A stretch of DNA of 36,208 nucleotides from Phenylobacterium sp. Its GTDB lineage: Bacteria > Pseudomonadota > Alphaproteobacteria > Caulobacterales > Caulobacteraceae. Positions 8,159 to 16,283 of the stretch are shown piece after piece. Location of the stretch: positions 1 to 36,208 of the forward strand of contig DASPLZ010000332.1 in the NCBI GenBank assembly GCA_035627295.1. Direction: 5' to 3'. The position numbers and the translations under genes are program-made. Every line of letters begins with the position of its first letter. Position 1 is the first letter of the stretch. The notes below the pieces were generated by a model. The model had not been told where the DNA came from, did no database searches, and worked only from the letters and a program-made list of their open reading frames with translations.

Positions 8159-10854
8159 ATGGCCGCCCGCACGACCTCCCTGCCTGAGCAGCTGCGCGAG
8201 ACCGTTCGCCTGCTCGGCCGCCTGCTCGGCGATGTGATCCGCGAGGAGGACGGCCAGGCGGTGTTCGACCAGATCGAGGCCATCCGCCAGGCCTCGGTCG
8301 GCTACCATCGCGAGGGAACGGCCGATGCGGCGCGGCTGATGTCCGAGCGCCTGGAGGGGCTCAGCCTCTCCGAAACCGTGCGCTTCGTGCACTCCTTCGC
8401 CTGCTTCCTGCAGATCACCAACATCGCCGAGGACCACATCCAGCGCCATCGCGGCGACGTCGGCGACGACCGTGAAGACACCTTGGCCGGCGCCCTGCGC
8501 GCCCTCCGGGCCGAGGGAACCAGCGCGCAGGAGGTGCTGGCGCTGCTGGCGGAGGCCCTGGTCGCGCCGGTGATCACCGCCCACCCCTCGGAGGTGCGGC
8601 GCAAGAGCGTGCTCGACCGACAGGCCGCCATCGCCGGGCGGCTGGAGGCCCTGGCCGGCGCCGCGGGCCCGGCCGAGACGGCGCGCATCGAGCGCGACAT
8701 GCGGCGCGAGATGTCGCTTCTGTGGCGCACCCGGCTCCTGCGCGGCGCGCGGATCGGCGTCGAGGACGAGATCGAGAACGCCGTCTTCTACCTGACCCGC
8801 AGCATCCTGGCCGAGCTTCCGCGGCTCTACGCCCACTGGACCGACCTCATGGGCGCGGCGGTTCCCTCGTTCCTGCGGGTCGGCTCCTGGGTCGGCGGGG
8901 ACCGCGACGGCAACCCCAACATCACCGACGCCGTGATGCGCCGGGCCATGGCGCGGCAGTCCAAGGCGGCGCTCGACCACTACCTGGAGCGCATCCACGA
9001 CCTGGGGGCGGCGCTGTCGGTCTCCTCCAGCCTGGTCGATGTCTCGCCGCCCCTGGCCGCGCTCGCCCGGCAGGCTCACGACGCCTCGCCGCATCGGGCG
9101 GACGAACCCTACCGCCAGGCCCTGACCGGCATCTATGCGCGACTGAGCGCCACCTATCGCGACCTGGTCGGCGCCGAGCCCACCCGGCCGCCCGCCGGAG
9201 CCGCCGAACCCTACGACGGGCCGGACGCCCTGCGGCTCGACCTGCAGACGGTGCAGGACTCCCTGCTGCCGCTCACGGGCCGGCGTTCGAAGCCGGCCCC
9301 CTGCCCGACCTGATCCGGGCGGTGGAGGTGTTCGGCTTTCACCTGGCGCGTCTCGATCTTCGGCAGAACTCCGCGGTCCACGCCCGCGTGGTCGCCGAGC
9401 TGCTGGCCAAGGCGGGCGTCGCCCCGGACTACGAGGCGCTGGACGAAGAGGCGCGGTGCGACCTGCTGCTGGCCGAACTCGCCCACGGCCGGCTGCTCTA
9501 CAGCCCCTTCGCCGACTACGGTGAGGAAACGCGGCGCGAATACGCCATCCTCGCCGCCGCGGCCGACATCAAGCGCCGCTACGGCCGCGACGCCATCCGC
9601 GCCTACCTCGTCTCCAACACCACCTCGATCTCCGACCTGCTGGAGGTCTACATCCTCCTGAAGGAAGTCGGCCTCTTCCAGCCGGGCGATCCGGCCCGCA
9701 CCCAGGTCTTCGCCGAACCGCTGTTCGAGACCATCGCCGACCTGCGGGCCGCGCCCGACATCATGCGCCGCTACCTGGCCCTGCCCCTGATCCGCCCGCT
9801 GGCGCGCCAGGTCGGCATCCAGGAGGTGATGATCGGCTATTCGGACTCCAACAAGGACGGCAGCTACCTGACCTCGGTGTGGGAGCTCTACCAGGGCTCC
9901 GCCGCCCTGGCCGAGACCATGCGTGAAGCCGGTCTGCGCCTGCAGCTCTTCCACGGCCGAGGCGGCGCCGTGGGCCGCGGCGGCGGCTCCAGCTTCGACG
10001 CCATCCTCGCCCAGCCGCCGGGCACGGTCGGCGGGCGCATCCGCATCACCGAGCAGGGCGAGGTGGTGGCCAACAAGTACGCAGATCCCGATCTCGCCCG
10101 CCAAAGCCTGGAAACCCTGGCCTCCGGCGTCGTGCTCGCCTCGCTGCGCAAGGCCGGGCCGGCCCTCGACCCCGGCCGCGCCGAGACCATGGACGCCCTG
10201 GCCCGCGAGGCCATGCGCGCCTATCGCGGCCTGGTCTACGAGACCCCCGGTTTCGCCGACTACTTCTTCGCCGCCACGCCCATCGCCGAGATCGCCGACC
10301 TCAACATCGGCAGTCGCCCGACCTCGCGCCAGGCGACGCGCACCATCGAGGGCCTGCGGGCGATCCCCTGGGTGTTCGCCTGGTCCCAGTCGCGCGCCCT
10401 GCTGCCCGGCTGGTTCGGCTTCGGCTCGGCGGTGGAACGGGCGGGCGTTCCGATCGAACGGCTGCGCGAGCTGCACGAAAGCTGGCCGTTCTTCTCCTCC
10501 ACGCTGGCGAACATGGAGATGGTGCTCTTCAAGGGCGACATCGCCCTGGCCGCCCGCTACGCCGGTCTGGCGCCCGACCGCGCCCTGGCCGACCAGATCT
10601 TCGGCGAAATCCGTGCGGAGTGGGACCGGACGGTGTCCGCCGTCCTGTCGATCACCGGCCAGGCCGAGCTTCTGGAGCGCAATCCGGACCTGGCGGCGGT
10701 GATCCGCTCGCGCCTGCCCTACATCGACCCCCTGAATCACCTGCAGATCGAGCTCCTGCGCCGCCTGCGCGCGGGCGACGACAGCGCCGAGGTGCGCGCC
10801 GGCATCCACCTGACCATCAACGGCATCGCCGCCGGCCTGAGGAACACCGGCTAG
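8159..10854 (+). pseudogene. ppc: Phosphoenolpyruvate carboxylase interrupted by a single-base frameshift near 9268 (pseudogene or sequencing error)
   Basis: The N-half (8159-9313) has ITAHPSEV and GSWVGGDRDGNP. The C-half, in another frame, has FGFHLARLDLRQNS, MIGYSDSNKDG, FHGRGGAVGRGGG, LRAIPWVF and the terminal GLRNTG. Adding one G at CTG CTG (G)CC GCT CAC joins the two. Confidence 0.9.
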
Positions 10855-10903
10855 AGCGCGTTAGGCGGAAGTGGAAGCCGGTTCCGCCGGCTAGCGCGCT
10901 CTA
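10852..10903. repeat. Palindromic intergenic element of TAGAGCG...AAGTGG...CCGGTT...CGCTCTA type; possible terminator/stabiliser; supplies the ppc stop codon
   Basis: Outer arms TAGAGCGCGTTAG / CTAGCGCGCTCTA and inner arms GGCGGAA / TTCCGCC. From memory it resembles alphaproteobacterial RIME/BRU-RS-like repeats. Confidence 0.65.
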
Positions 10904-10972
10904 AACTAACCCGCTCTAGGCGCCCCCTGCGGCACATGGACAGCCGTCGAGGATCGCCCCATTACTCACCCT

Positions 10973-11722
10973 ATGGTTGGGGATACGGCTGAGACAAGTG
11001 GCGGCGCCGTGGCCGCCTTGACGCCCCGCGAGCGCGAGTGCCTGCGGCTGGTCAACCAGCATTTCAGCTCCAAGCAGATCGCCGCCCGGTTGAAGCTGTC
11101 GCCGCATACGGTCGACAATACCTTGAAGCGCGCCATCCGCCGGCTCGGCGTCGCCGACCGCAGCAGCGCCGCACGGCTCTACGCCAGGTTCGAGGGCGCC
11201 GAGGATTGGTCTAGCCAATCGCCGGCCCTTCAGCCTTTGGCGCTTTCGCCTCCCACTCCCCACAACGACGTCGGGGGACCGGACGATGAGTGGGGCGAAG
11301 GGGCCCGAGTTCGAGAAGGCGATCGCCGAGGGCCGGTGGCTCTCGGAGGAGATCGGCCGCTTCGAAGCCCAGTTCCCGCAGGGCCCGCCGGCGAGCCCGG
11401 AGGATCTGCGCCTGGGCTGGATGCAGATCGAGCGCCAGCTGGTCGACCTGGCCCTGCGCCCATGCGTGAAGGCGATGATCCCGCCCCTGGTCTCGGCGAT
11501 CCGCAAGCACGCCCTGCTGAAGCCGCCGGAGCTGCTGTTCCGGGAGCTCCTGTGCCTGGCCAGCGTGGTCCTCGACGAGGACTTCGAGCCCTCAGCGACG
11601 GAGGGCGGCGTGACCTAGGACTCTTCGAAAAGATCAGCGTGATCGTGCTGCTGATGGCGGCGCTCGCGCTGGCCTTCGGCGGCGTGATCGCCAGCATCAG
11701 CGCGCTGAAGAACCTCGTCTAG
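10973..11722 (+). CDS. LuxR/sigma-70 region-4-type HTH protein with long linker and C-terminal transmembrane helix
   Basis: N-terminal LTPRERECLRLV...SSKQIAARLKLSPHTVDNTLKRAIRRLGVADR (LuxR-type HTH) and a hydrophobic C-terminus ISVIVLLMAALALAFGGVIASI. The frame is uninterrupted and codons at both ends are host-like. Confidence 0.85.
   Translation: MVGDTAETSGGAVAALTPRERECLRLVNQHFSSKQIAARLKLSPHTVDNTLKRAIRRLGVADRSSAARLYARFEGAEDWSSQSPALQPLALSPPTPHNDVGGPDDEWGEGARVREGDRRGPVALGGDRPLRSPVPAGPAGEPGGSAPGLDADRAPAGRPGPAPMREGDDPAPGLGDPQARPAEAAGAAVPGAPVPGQRGPRRGLRALSDGGRRDLGLFEKISVIVLLMAALALAFGGVIASISALKNLV
11286..11618 (+). CDS. Nested 110-aa hypothetical protein in the +1 frame inside the LuxR-TM gene
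   Basis: Own ATG preceded by GGGGGA (11273-11278) and own TAG. By my count only 5 of 110 codons end in A/T. The sequence is globular and amphipathic (LRLGWMQIERQLVDLAL, ELLFRELLCLASVVL). Confidence 0.75.
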   Translation: MSGAKGPEFEKAIAEGRWLSEEIGRFEAQFPQGPPASPEDLRLGWMQIERQLVDLALRPCVKAMIPPLVSAIRKHALLKPPELLFRELLCLASVVLDEDFEPSATEGGVT

Positions 11723-11804
11723 CCGCCGCCGCGGCGGCCAACTTCCGAGAACCTGCACCAAGTCAACGTGGCCGGCGCCCCGCGCGGCCGCGAGGGGGAC
11801 CTTC

Positions 11805-12164
11805 ATGCTTCACCACCGCCGCCAGGCCGCCGAACAGGTGGCCCAGAGCCTCTTCGAAACCGAAGCCGCCATCGATGCGGCCATCGCCGCCGCCGCCAGG
11901 CTGACCGGCCTGATGCCCGCCGCGCGCAGCGACGCCCGGCTCTCCGCCGTCGTCGGCCAGGAGGCCTTCGAGATCGCCTCCGTCACTCTCACCGAGCTGA
12001 TCCAGGCCCGCCGCTCGATCGTCCAGACCCACCACACCCTGGCGGACGTGCAGACCCAGGTCGGCCTGCGCGCCGTCAGCTTCGGCGGCGGCATCGACAA
12101 GCCGGCCGCCGAGCAGGCGGGCGAGCGCACGCTGAGCGTGGTGCCCGAGGGCGCCGCCGGCTGA
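11805..12164 (+). CDS. Hypothetical 119-aa Ala-rich helical protein
   Basis: SD GAGGGGG upstream and high GC3. Helical-hairpin pattern (AAEQVAQSLFETEAAIDAAIAAAARL...ARLSAVVGQEAF...ARRSIVQTHHTLADV) followed by a FGGGIDKP tail. Confidence 0.85.
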   Translation: MLHHRRQAAEQVAQSLFETEAAIDAAIAAAARLTGLMPAARSDARLSAVVGQEAFEIASVTLTELIQARRSIVQTHHTLADVQTQVGLRAVSFGGGIDKPAAEQAGERTLSVVPEGAAG

Positions 12165-12171
12165 CCGAGCC

Positions 12172-12675
12172 GTGATAGGCTCGGCGCCTCGCGTCCGGGG
12201 GGCCGAGCCGATTCACGATCTTCTCGCCAGTCTCGTGCCGACCTCGCCTCTGCAATGGGTCAGCCACGTCACGCTCGTGGCGGCCGTACTCTACGCCTTC
12301 TGGGCCGGCGGGCCGCCCGAGCGCCTGACGGCCGGCGCCGTCGCCCTGGCCTACCTCGCTTCGCCCTACGCCCAGCTCTTCACCAGCCTGGTGGAGCCGC
12401 AATACGGCGTGCTGTTGGTCGATGCGGCGCTGCTGGTCGTGCTGTTCGGCCTGTCTCTCGCGTTCAATCGCCGCTGGCTGCTCTTCGCCACGGCCGCCCA
12501 CGGGCTCGGCGTGCTGACCCACCTCGCCGTCGTCGCCGAGCGGGCCCTGCTGCCCCGCGCCTATCTCAGCGCCAACATCGCGACGGCCTATCTGGTGCTG
12601 GGCGCCCTGACCTTCGGCGCCTGGCGCCACCGCCGGCGGCGGATTGTGAACAGCCCCGATCTTTACTCCCGCTAG
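12172..12675 (+). CDS. Hypothetical multi-pass membrane protein (GGxPER motif)
   Basis: About 5 hydrophobic segments, WAGGPPER motif, an intramembrane Asp (LLVDAALL), RRWLLFA and a basic C-tail. Start uncertain (GTG 12172 or GTG 12235). Confidence 0.8.
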   Translation: MIGSAPRVRGAEPIHDLLASLVPTSPLQWVSHVTLVAAVLYAFWAGGPPERLTAGAVALAYLASPYAQLFTSLVEPQYGVLLVDAALLVVLFGLSLAFNRRWLLFATAAHGLGVLTHLAVVAERALLPRAYLSANIATAYLVLGALTFGAWRHRRRRIVNSPDLYSR

Positions 12676-12717
12676 CCCCGGCTGCACGGTGCCCCCGCCA
12701 ATAGCGGGGAGACTGGC

Positions 12718-13080
12718 GTGGAAGCGCATCTGGTGGACAGGCACGTGGGCGTACGTATCCGGGCCCGGCGTCGCCAGTTGGGGATTTCGCAGCAGCTGCT
12801 GGCCGACACCATCGGCTGCACCTTCCAGCAGGTGCAGAAATACGAGAACGCCAGGAACCGGGTCAGCTCCTCGCGGCTGTTCGAGATCGCCAAGGTGCTG
12901 AAGGTCAATCCGTCCTACTTCTTCGACGGCCTGCCGATGTCCGACCTCGAACCGGGCGAGCCGCCGCCGGTGTTCGGCCCCGAAGAGGTCGAGATCGCCC
13001 GCCTCTTCATGCAGATCAGGAACCCCACCCGCCGCAAGGTGCTGGAACTGACCCGCACCCTGGCCGCCGAGACGGCCTGA
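12718..13080 (+). CDS. XRE-family transcriptional regulator (alphaproteobacterial 'FQQVQKYE' subfamily, Rtr-like)
   Basis: VDRHVGVRIRARR...SQQLLA...TFQQVQKYENARNRVSSSRLFEIAKVLKV...YFFDGL. GTG start after GGGAGA. Confidence 0.92.
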   Translation: MEAHLVDRHVGVRIRARRRQLGISQQLLADTIGCTFQQVQKYENARNRVSSSRLFEIAKVLKVNPSYFFDGLPMSDLEPGEPPPVFGPEEVEIARLFMQIRNPTRRKVLELTRTLAAETA

Positions 13081-13083
13081 GCC

Positions 13084-14628
13084 CTAGGCCGCCGTTCCCT
13101 GATAGCCGTCGCGCAGTTCGCGCTTCAGCACCTTGCCGATATGGCTGCGCGGCAGGGCTTCGAGGATCTGGAGGTCCGCCAGCCGCTGGGTCTTACCCAC
13201 CTTGCCATTGATGAAGGCGGTCAGCTCCTCGGCGCTCGCAGAGGCGCCGGGCTTCAGCGCCACGAAGGCCACCGGCGTCTCACCCCAGCGGTCGGAGGGC
13301 ACGCCCACCACCGCCGCCTCGGCAACGGCGGTATGCTCGGCCAGCACCGCCTCCAGGTCCGAGGGATAGATGTTGAAGCCGCCAGAGATGATCATGTCCT
13401 TCTTGCGGTCCATGAGGGTCAGGAACCCGTCCTCGTCGAACCGGCCGACGTCGCCGGTGCGGATGAAGCGCAGGCCGTCCGGGCTCCACCACTCCGCCTC
13501 CGAGGTCTTGCCCGGCTGGTTGTGGTAGCCGTTCATCATCGCGCCCGAGCGGCCCACCACTTCGCCGATCTCGCCTTGGGCGACCTCCTTGCCGTCCTCG
13601 CCGATCAGCCGGATGTCGTGGCCCGGCAGCGGCCGGCCGACGGTGTGCAGCTTGTCGGGGAAGAGGTGCGCCTGCAGGCCGCAGGAGCCGCCGCCTTCGG
13701 TCATGCCGTAGTACTCTACGAGCCCGCCCGGCCAGCGGTCCAGCACATCGCGCTTCAGCTCCGCCGAGAAGGGCGCGGAGGTGGAGAACTTCATCACGAA
13801 GCTGGAGAGGTCGTACTTGTCGAAGTCCGGCCGCTCCATGATCCGGCGGTACTGCACCGGCACCAGCATGGCGTGGGTGGCGCGGTGGCGCTCGGCCAGG
13901 GTCAGGAACTTCTCCACGTCGAACTTGGGCAGCAGCACCGCCGTGCCGCCGCTCGACATGGTCGGCAGGAAGCTCACCAGGGTGGTGTTCGAATAGAGCG
14001 GCGTGGAGATCATGGTCACCGCGTCCGCGCCATAGTGCGGCTGGATGTGGCCCCAGCGCATGGCGTGCGACTGCACGATGCCCTTCGGCGTGCCGGTGGT
14101 GCCCGAGGAGTAGATGATGTTGAACGGGTCGGCCGGCTCGTTGCCCGGCGGCTTCGGCTCCGCGCCCTCCGGCGCCAGCCAGGCGTCGAACGGCTGACCG
14201 GCGGCCGAGCCGTCGAGCATCACCCATTTGGCGCGGAAGCGGTCCTTCACCGGCCCCAGGGCCTCGGCGACGGAGGCGTCGAGGAACAGCACGCCGGCGT
14301 CGCAGTCGGCCAGCATGGCGGCCAGTTGCTCGGGCGTCGACGAGGCGGCCAGCGGCGCGATCGCAGCGCCGGCGCGCAGGGTCCCCAGGTAGACCACCGC
14401 GTACTCCACGGTCGTGGTGGCGGTGCAGACCGCCGCCACGCCGCCGCGGGCGATCCCCTCGCGCTGCAGCGCCGCCGCCGTGCGGTCGAGCAGCCGATCC
14501 AGCTCGGCGTAGGTCAGGGTCGTCGCCTCGCCCGCCAGCGCCAGATGATCTGGCCGTTCCACCGACCGCGCCTTCAGGACGTCCGAGAGCAGGCCGAAGG
14601 GCTGGGCGAAGATTTCATCGGCGGTCAT
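13084..14628 (-). CDS. Class I adenylate-forming enzyme (acyl-CoA synthetase)
   Basis: YSSGTTGTPKG, YGMTEG, RTGDVG, DRKKDMIISGGFNIYP and GKVLKRELR. Confidence 0.95.
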   Translation of the reverse strand: MTADEIFAQPFGLLSDVLKARSVERPDHLALAGEATTLTYAELDRLLDRTAAALQREGIARGGVAAVCTATTTVEYAVVYLGTLRAGAAIAPLAASSTPEQLAAMLADCDAGVLFLDASVAEALGPVKDRFRAKWVMLDGSAAGQPFDAWLAPEGAEPKPPGNEPADPFNIIYSSGTTGTPKGIVQSHAMRWGHIQPHYGADAVTMISTPLYSNTTLVSFLPTMSSGGTAVLLPKFDVEKFLTLAERHRATHAMLVPVQYRRIMERPDFDKYDLSSFVMKFSTSAPFSAELKRDVLDRWPGGLVEYYGMTEGGGSCGLQAHLFPDKLHTVGRPLPGHDIRLIGEDGKEVAQGEIGEVVGRSGAMMNGYHNQPGKTSEAEWWSPDGLRFIRTGDVGRFDEDGFLTLMDRKKDMIISGGFNIYPSDLEAVLAEHTAVAEAAVVGVPSDRWGETPVAFVALKPGASASAEELTAFINGKVGKTQRLADLQILEALPRSHIGKVLKRELRDGYQGTAA

Positions 14629-14804
14629 GGCGGTGCTCCCTCCGGACTGGACGGCGCCCGCAATAGCGCCTCCAAAAACCCGTCGCCACCGCCGACTCCA
14701 TACCAGTTTTGCGAATTCCTTTGGCGGGGCGGCCGAGCTCTGTCTATCGTCGCTGCGAAATCCGGGGAGACGTCATCCATGCCGCAGCATCGTGGGACCC
14801 GTTC

Positions 14805-16283
14805 ATGAGCGAAGCCCTAGCGCCGCGGCTGCCGCGCAAGGTCAAGCTGCTCTATGGCCTGGGATCCATCGCCATCGGCGCCAAGACCGCCATGCTGGGG
14901 ATGATCCTCTTCTACTACAGCCAGGTGGTGGGCCTGCGTCCGGACCTGGTGGGGCTGGCGCTGGGCATCTCGCTCTTCGTCGACGCCTTCTGGGACCCGC
15001 TGATCGGCCAGTTCTCCGACAACCTGCGCACCCGCTGGGGCCGCCGGCACCCGCTGATGTACGCCTCGGCCATCCCTATCGCGATCTCCTTCTGGGCGCT
15101 GTTCAATCCGCCCGAAGGGCTCTCGGACATGGAGCTGTTCAGCTACCTTCTCGGGCTGATCCTGACCGTCCGCTTCTTCACCAGCTTCTACGAGGTGCCC
15201 TCTACCGCGCTCGCGCCGGAGCTGGCGCCGGACTACCACGATCGCACCGTCGTCCTGAGCTATCGATGGCTCTTCGGCGCCCTGGGCACCGGCATCACCA
15301 GCGTGCTGGCCTATGGCTACTTCTTCAGGCCGACGCCCGAATACCCGATCGGCCAGCTGAACCCCGCCGGCTATGGCCCTTTGTCCACCACGATCTCTGT
15401 GGTGCTGCTGCTCGCCATCCTGATCTCGGCTCTGGGCACGCACCACCGCATCCCGCAGTTCCACCAGCCCGCTCAACGCAACCCGACCCTCTGGGAGACC
15501 CTGCGGGAGATCGGCTCGACCCTGAAGAACTGGAATTTCGGCGTTTCGGTCACCGCGGGGCTGATCTTCGGCATGTCGATCGGGCTCTACTCGGGCCTGG
15601 CGCTCTACTTCGCCACCTACTTCTGGGAGCTGCCGGCCTCCAACGTGCTGGTGCTGGCGATCGCCCAGCTGATCAGCGCGCCCATCGCCGCCAGCGTCGG
15701 ACCGTGGCTCTCGCGGCTCTGGGGCAAGCGGCGGGCCTGCATGACCATGTTCTTCGCGGGCGTGATGCTGACGGGCCTGCCGATCTTCCTGCGGCTGATC
15801 GGCTTCTTTCCGGAGAACGGCTCGCCCTGGCTGGTGCCGATCCTGACCGCCGACCGGCTGCTCAGCGGCATCCTCAACACCGGCGGCTTCATCGTCGTCT
15901 CCTCGATGATCGCCGACATCACCGAGGAGAGCCAGCTCAAGACCGGCCGCCGGTCCGAAGGGCTGCTGCAATCGGCCGACAGCATCCTGCAGAAGTCGGT
16001 CTCGGGCCTCTCGGCCCTGCTGCCCGGCCTGATCCTGGCCTTCATCGAATTCCCGACCAAGGCCCAGCCCGGCACGGTGCCGCAGGAGACCCTGCAGATG
16101 CTCGGCTGGATTTACCTTCCGGCGACGGTCACGCTGTCATTGCTGTCGATCTCGACCTGGCGTTTCTACCGGATCGATCAGGCCACCCACGAGCGCAACC
16201 TGGCGGGCGTGCGCGAACAGACGGCGGCCGCCGAGGCGCGGATCGAGGCGACCGACGTGGCTCCTGACCGCGCCCCGACCTAG
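14805..16283 (+). CDS. MFS transporter, GPH (MelB-like sugar:cation symporter) family
   Basis: DAFWDPLIGQFSDNLRTRWGRRHP, ELAPDYHDRT and MIADITEE...TGRRSEG. Start at MSEALAP (14805). Confidence 0.9.
   Translation: MSEALAPRLPRKVKLLYGLGSIAIGAKTAMLGMILFYYSQVVGLRPDLVGLALGISLFVDAFWDPLIGQFSDNLRTRWGRRHPLMYASAIPIAISFWALFNPPEGLSDMELFSYLLGLILTVRFFTSFYEVPSTALAPELAPDYHDRTVVLSYRWLFGALGTGITSVLAYGYFFRPTPEYPIGQLNPAGYGPLSTTISVVLLLAILISALGTHHRIPQFHQPAQRNPTLWETLREIGSTLKNWNFGVSVTAGLIFGMSIGLYSGLALYFATYFWELPASNVLVLAIAQLISAPIAASVGPWLSRLWGKRRACMTMFFAGVMLTGLPIFLRLIGFFPENGSPWLVPILTADRLLSGILNTGGFIVVSSMIADITEESQLKTGRRSEGLLQSADSILQKSVSGLSALLPGLILAFIEFPTKAQPGTVPQETLQMLGWIYLPATVTLSLLSISTWRFYRIDQATHERNLAGVREQTAAAEARIEATDVAPDRAPT

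Noticed and set aside
8722-9267. N-terminal part of the 710-aa ORF as a separate gene overlapping ppc
   Set aside because: R/P/G-rich off-frame translation. Real PEPC sequence in this frame starts only after the frameshift near 9268.
10973-11722. Classical AHL quorum-sensing LuxR or response regulator
   Set aside because: The HTH is N-terminal, there is no autoinducer-binding or receiver domain, and no luxI or kinase is adjacent.
13141-14808. Numerous long antisense or alternate-frame ORFs (e.g. 555 aa here, 9211-10809, 24075-25667, 31285-32928)
   Set aside because: Shadow ORFs of well-supported genes with low-complexity composition. Unlike 11286-11618, the codon bias belongs to the annotated frame.
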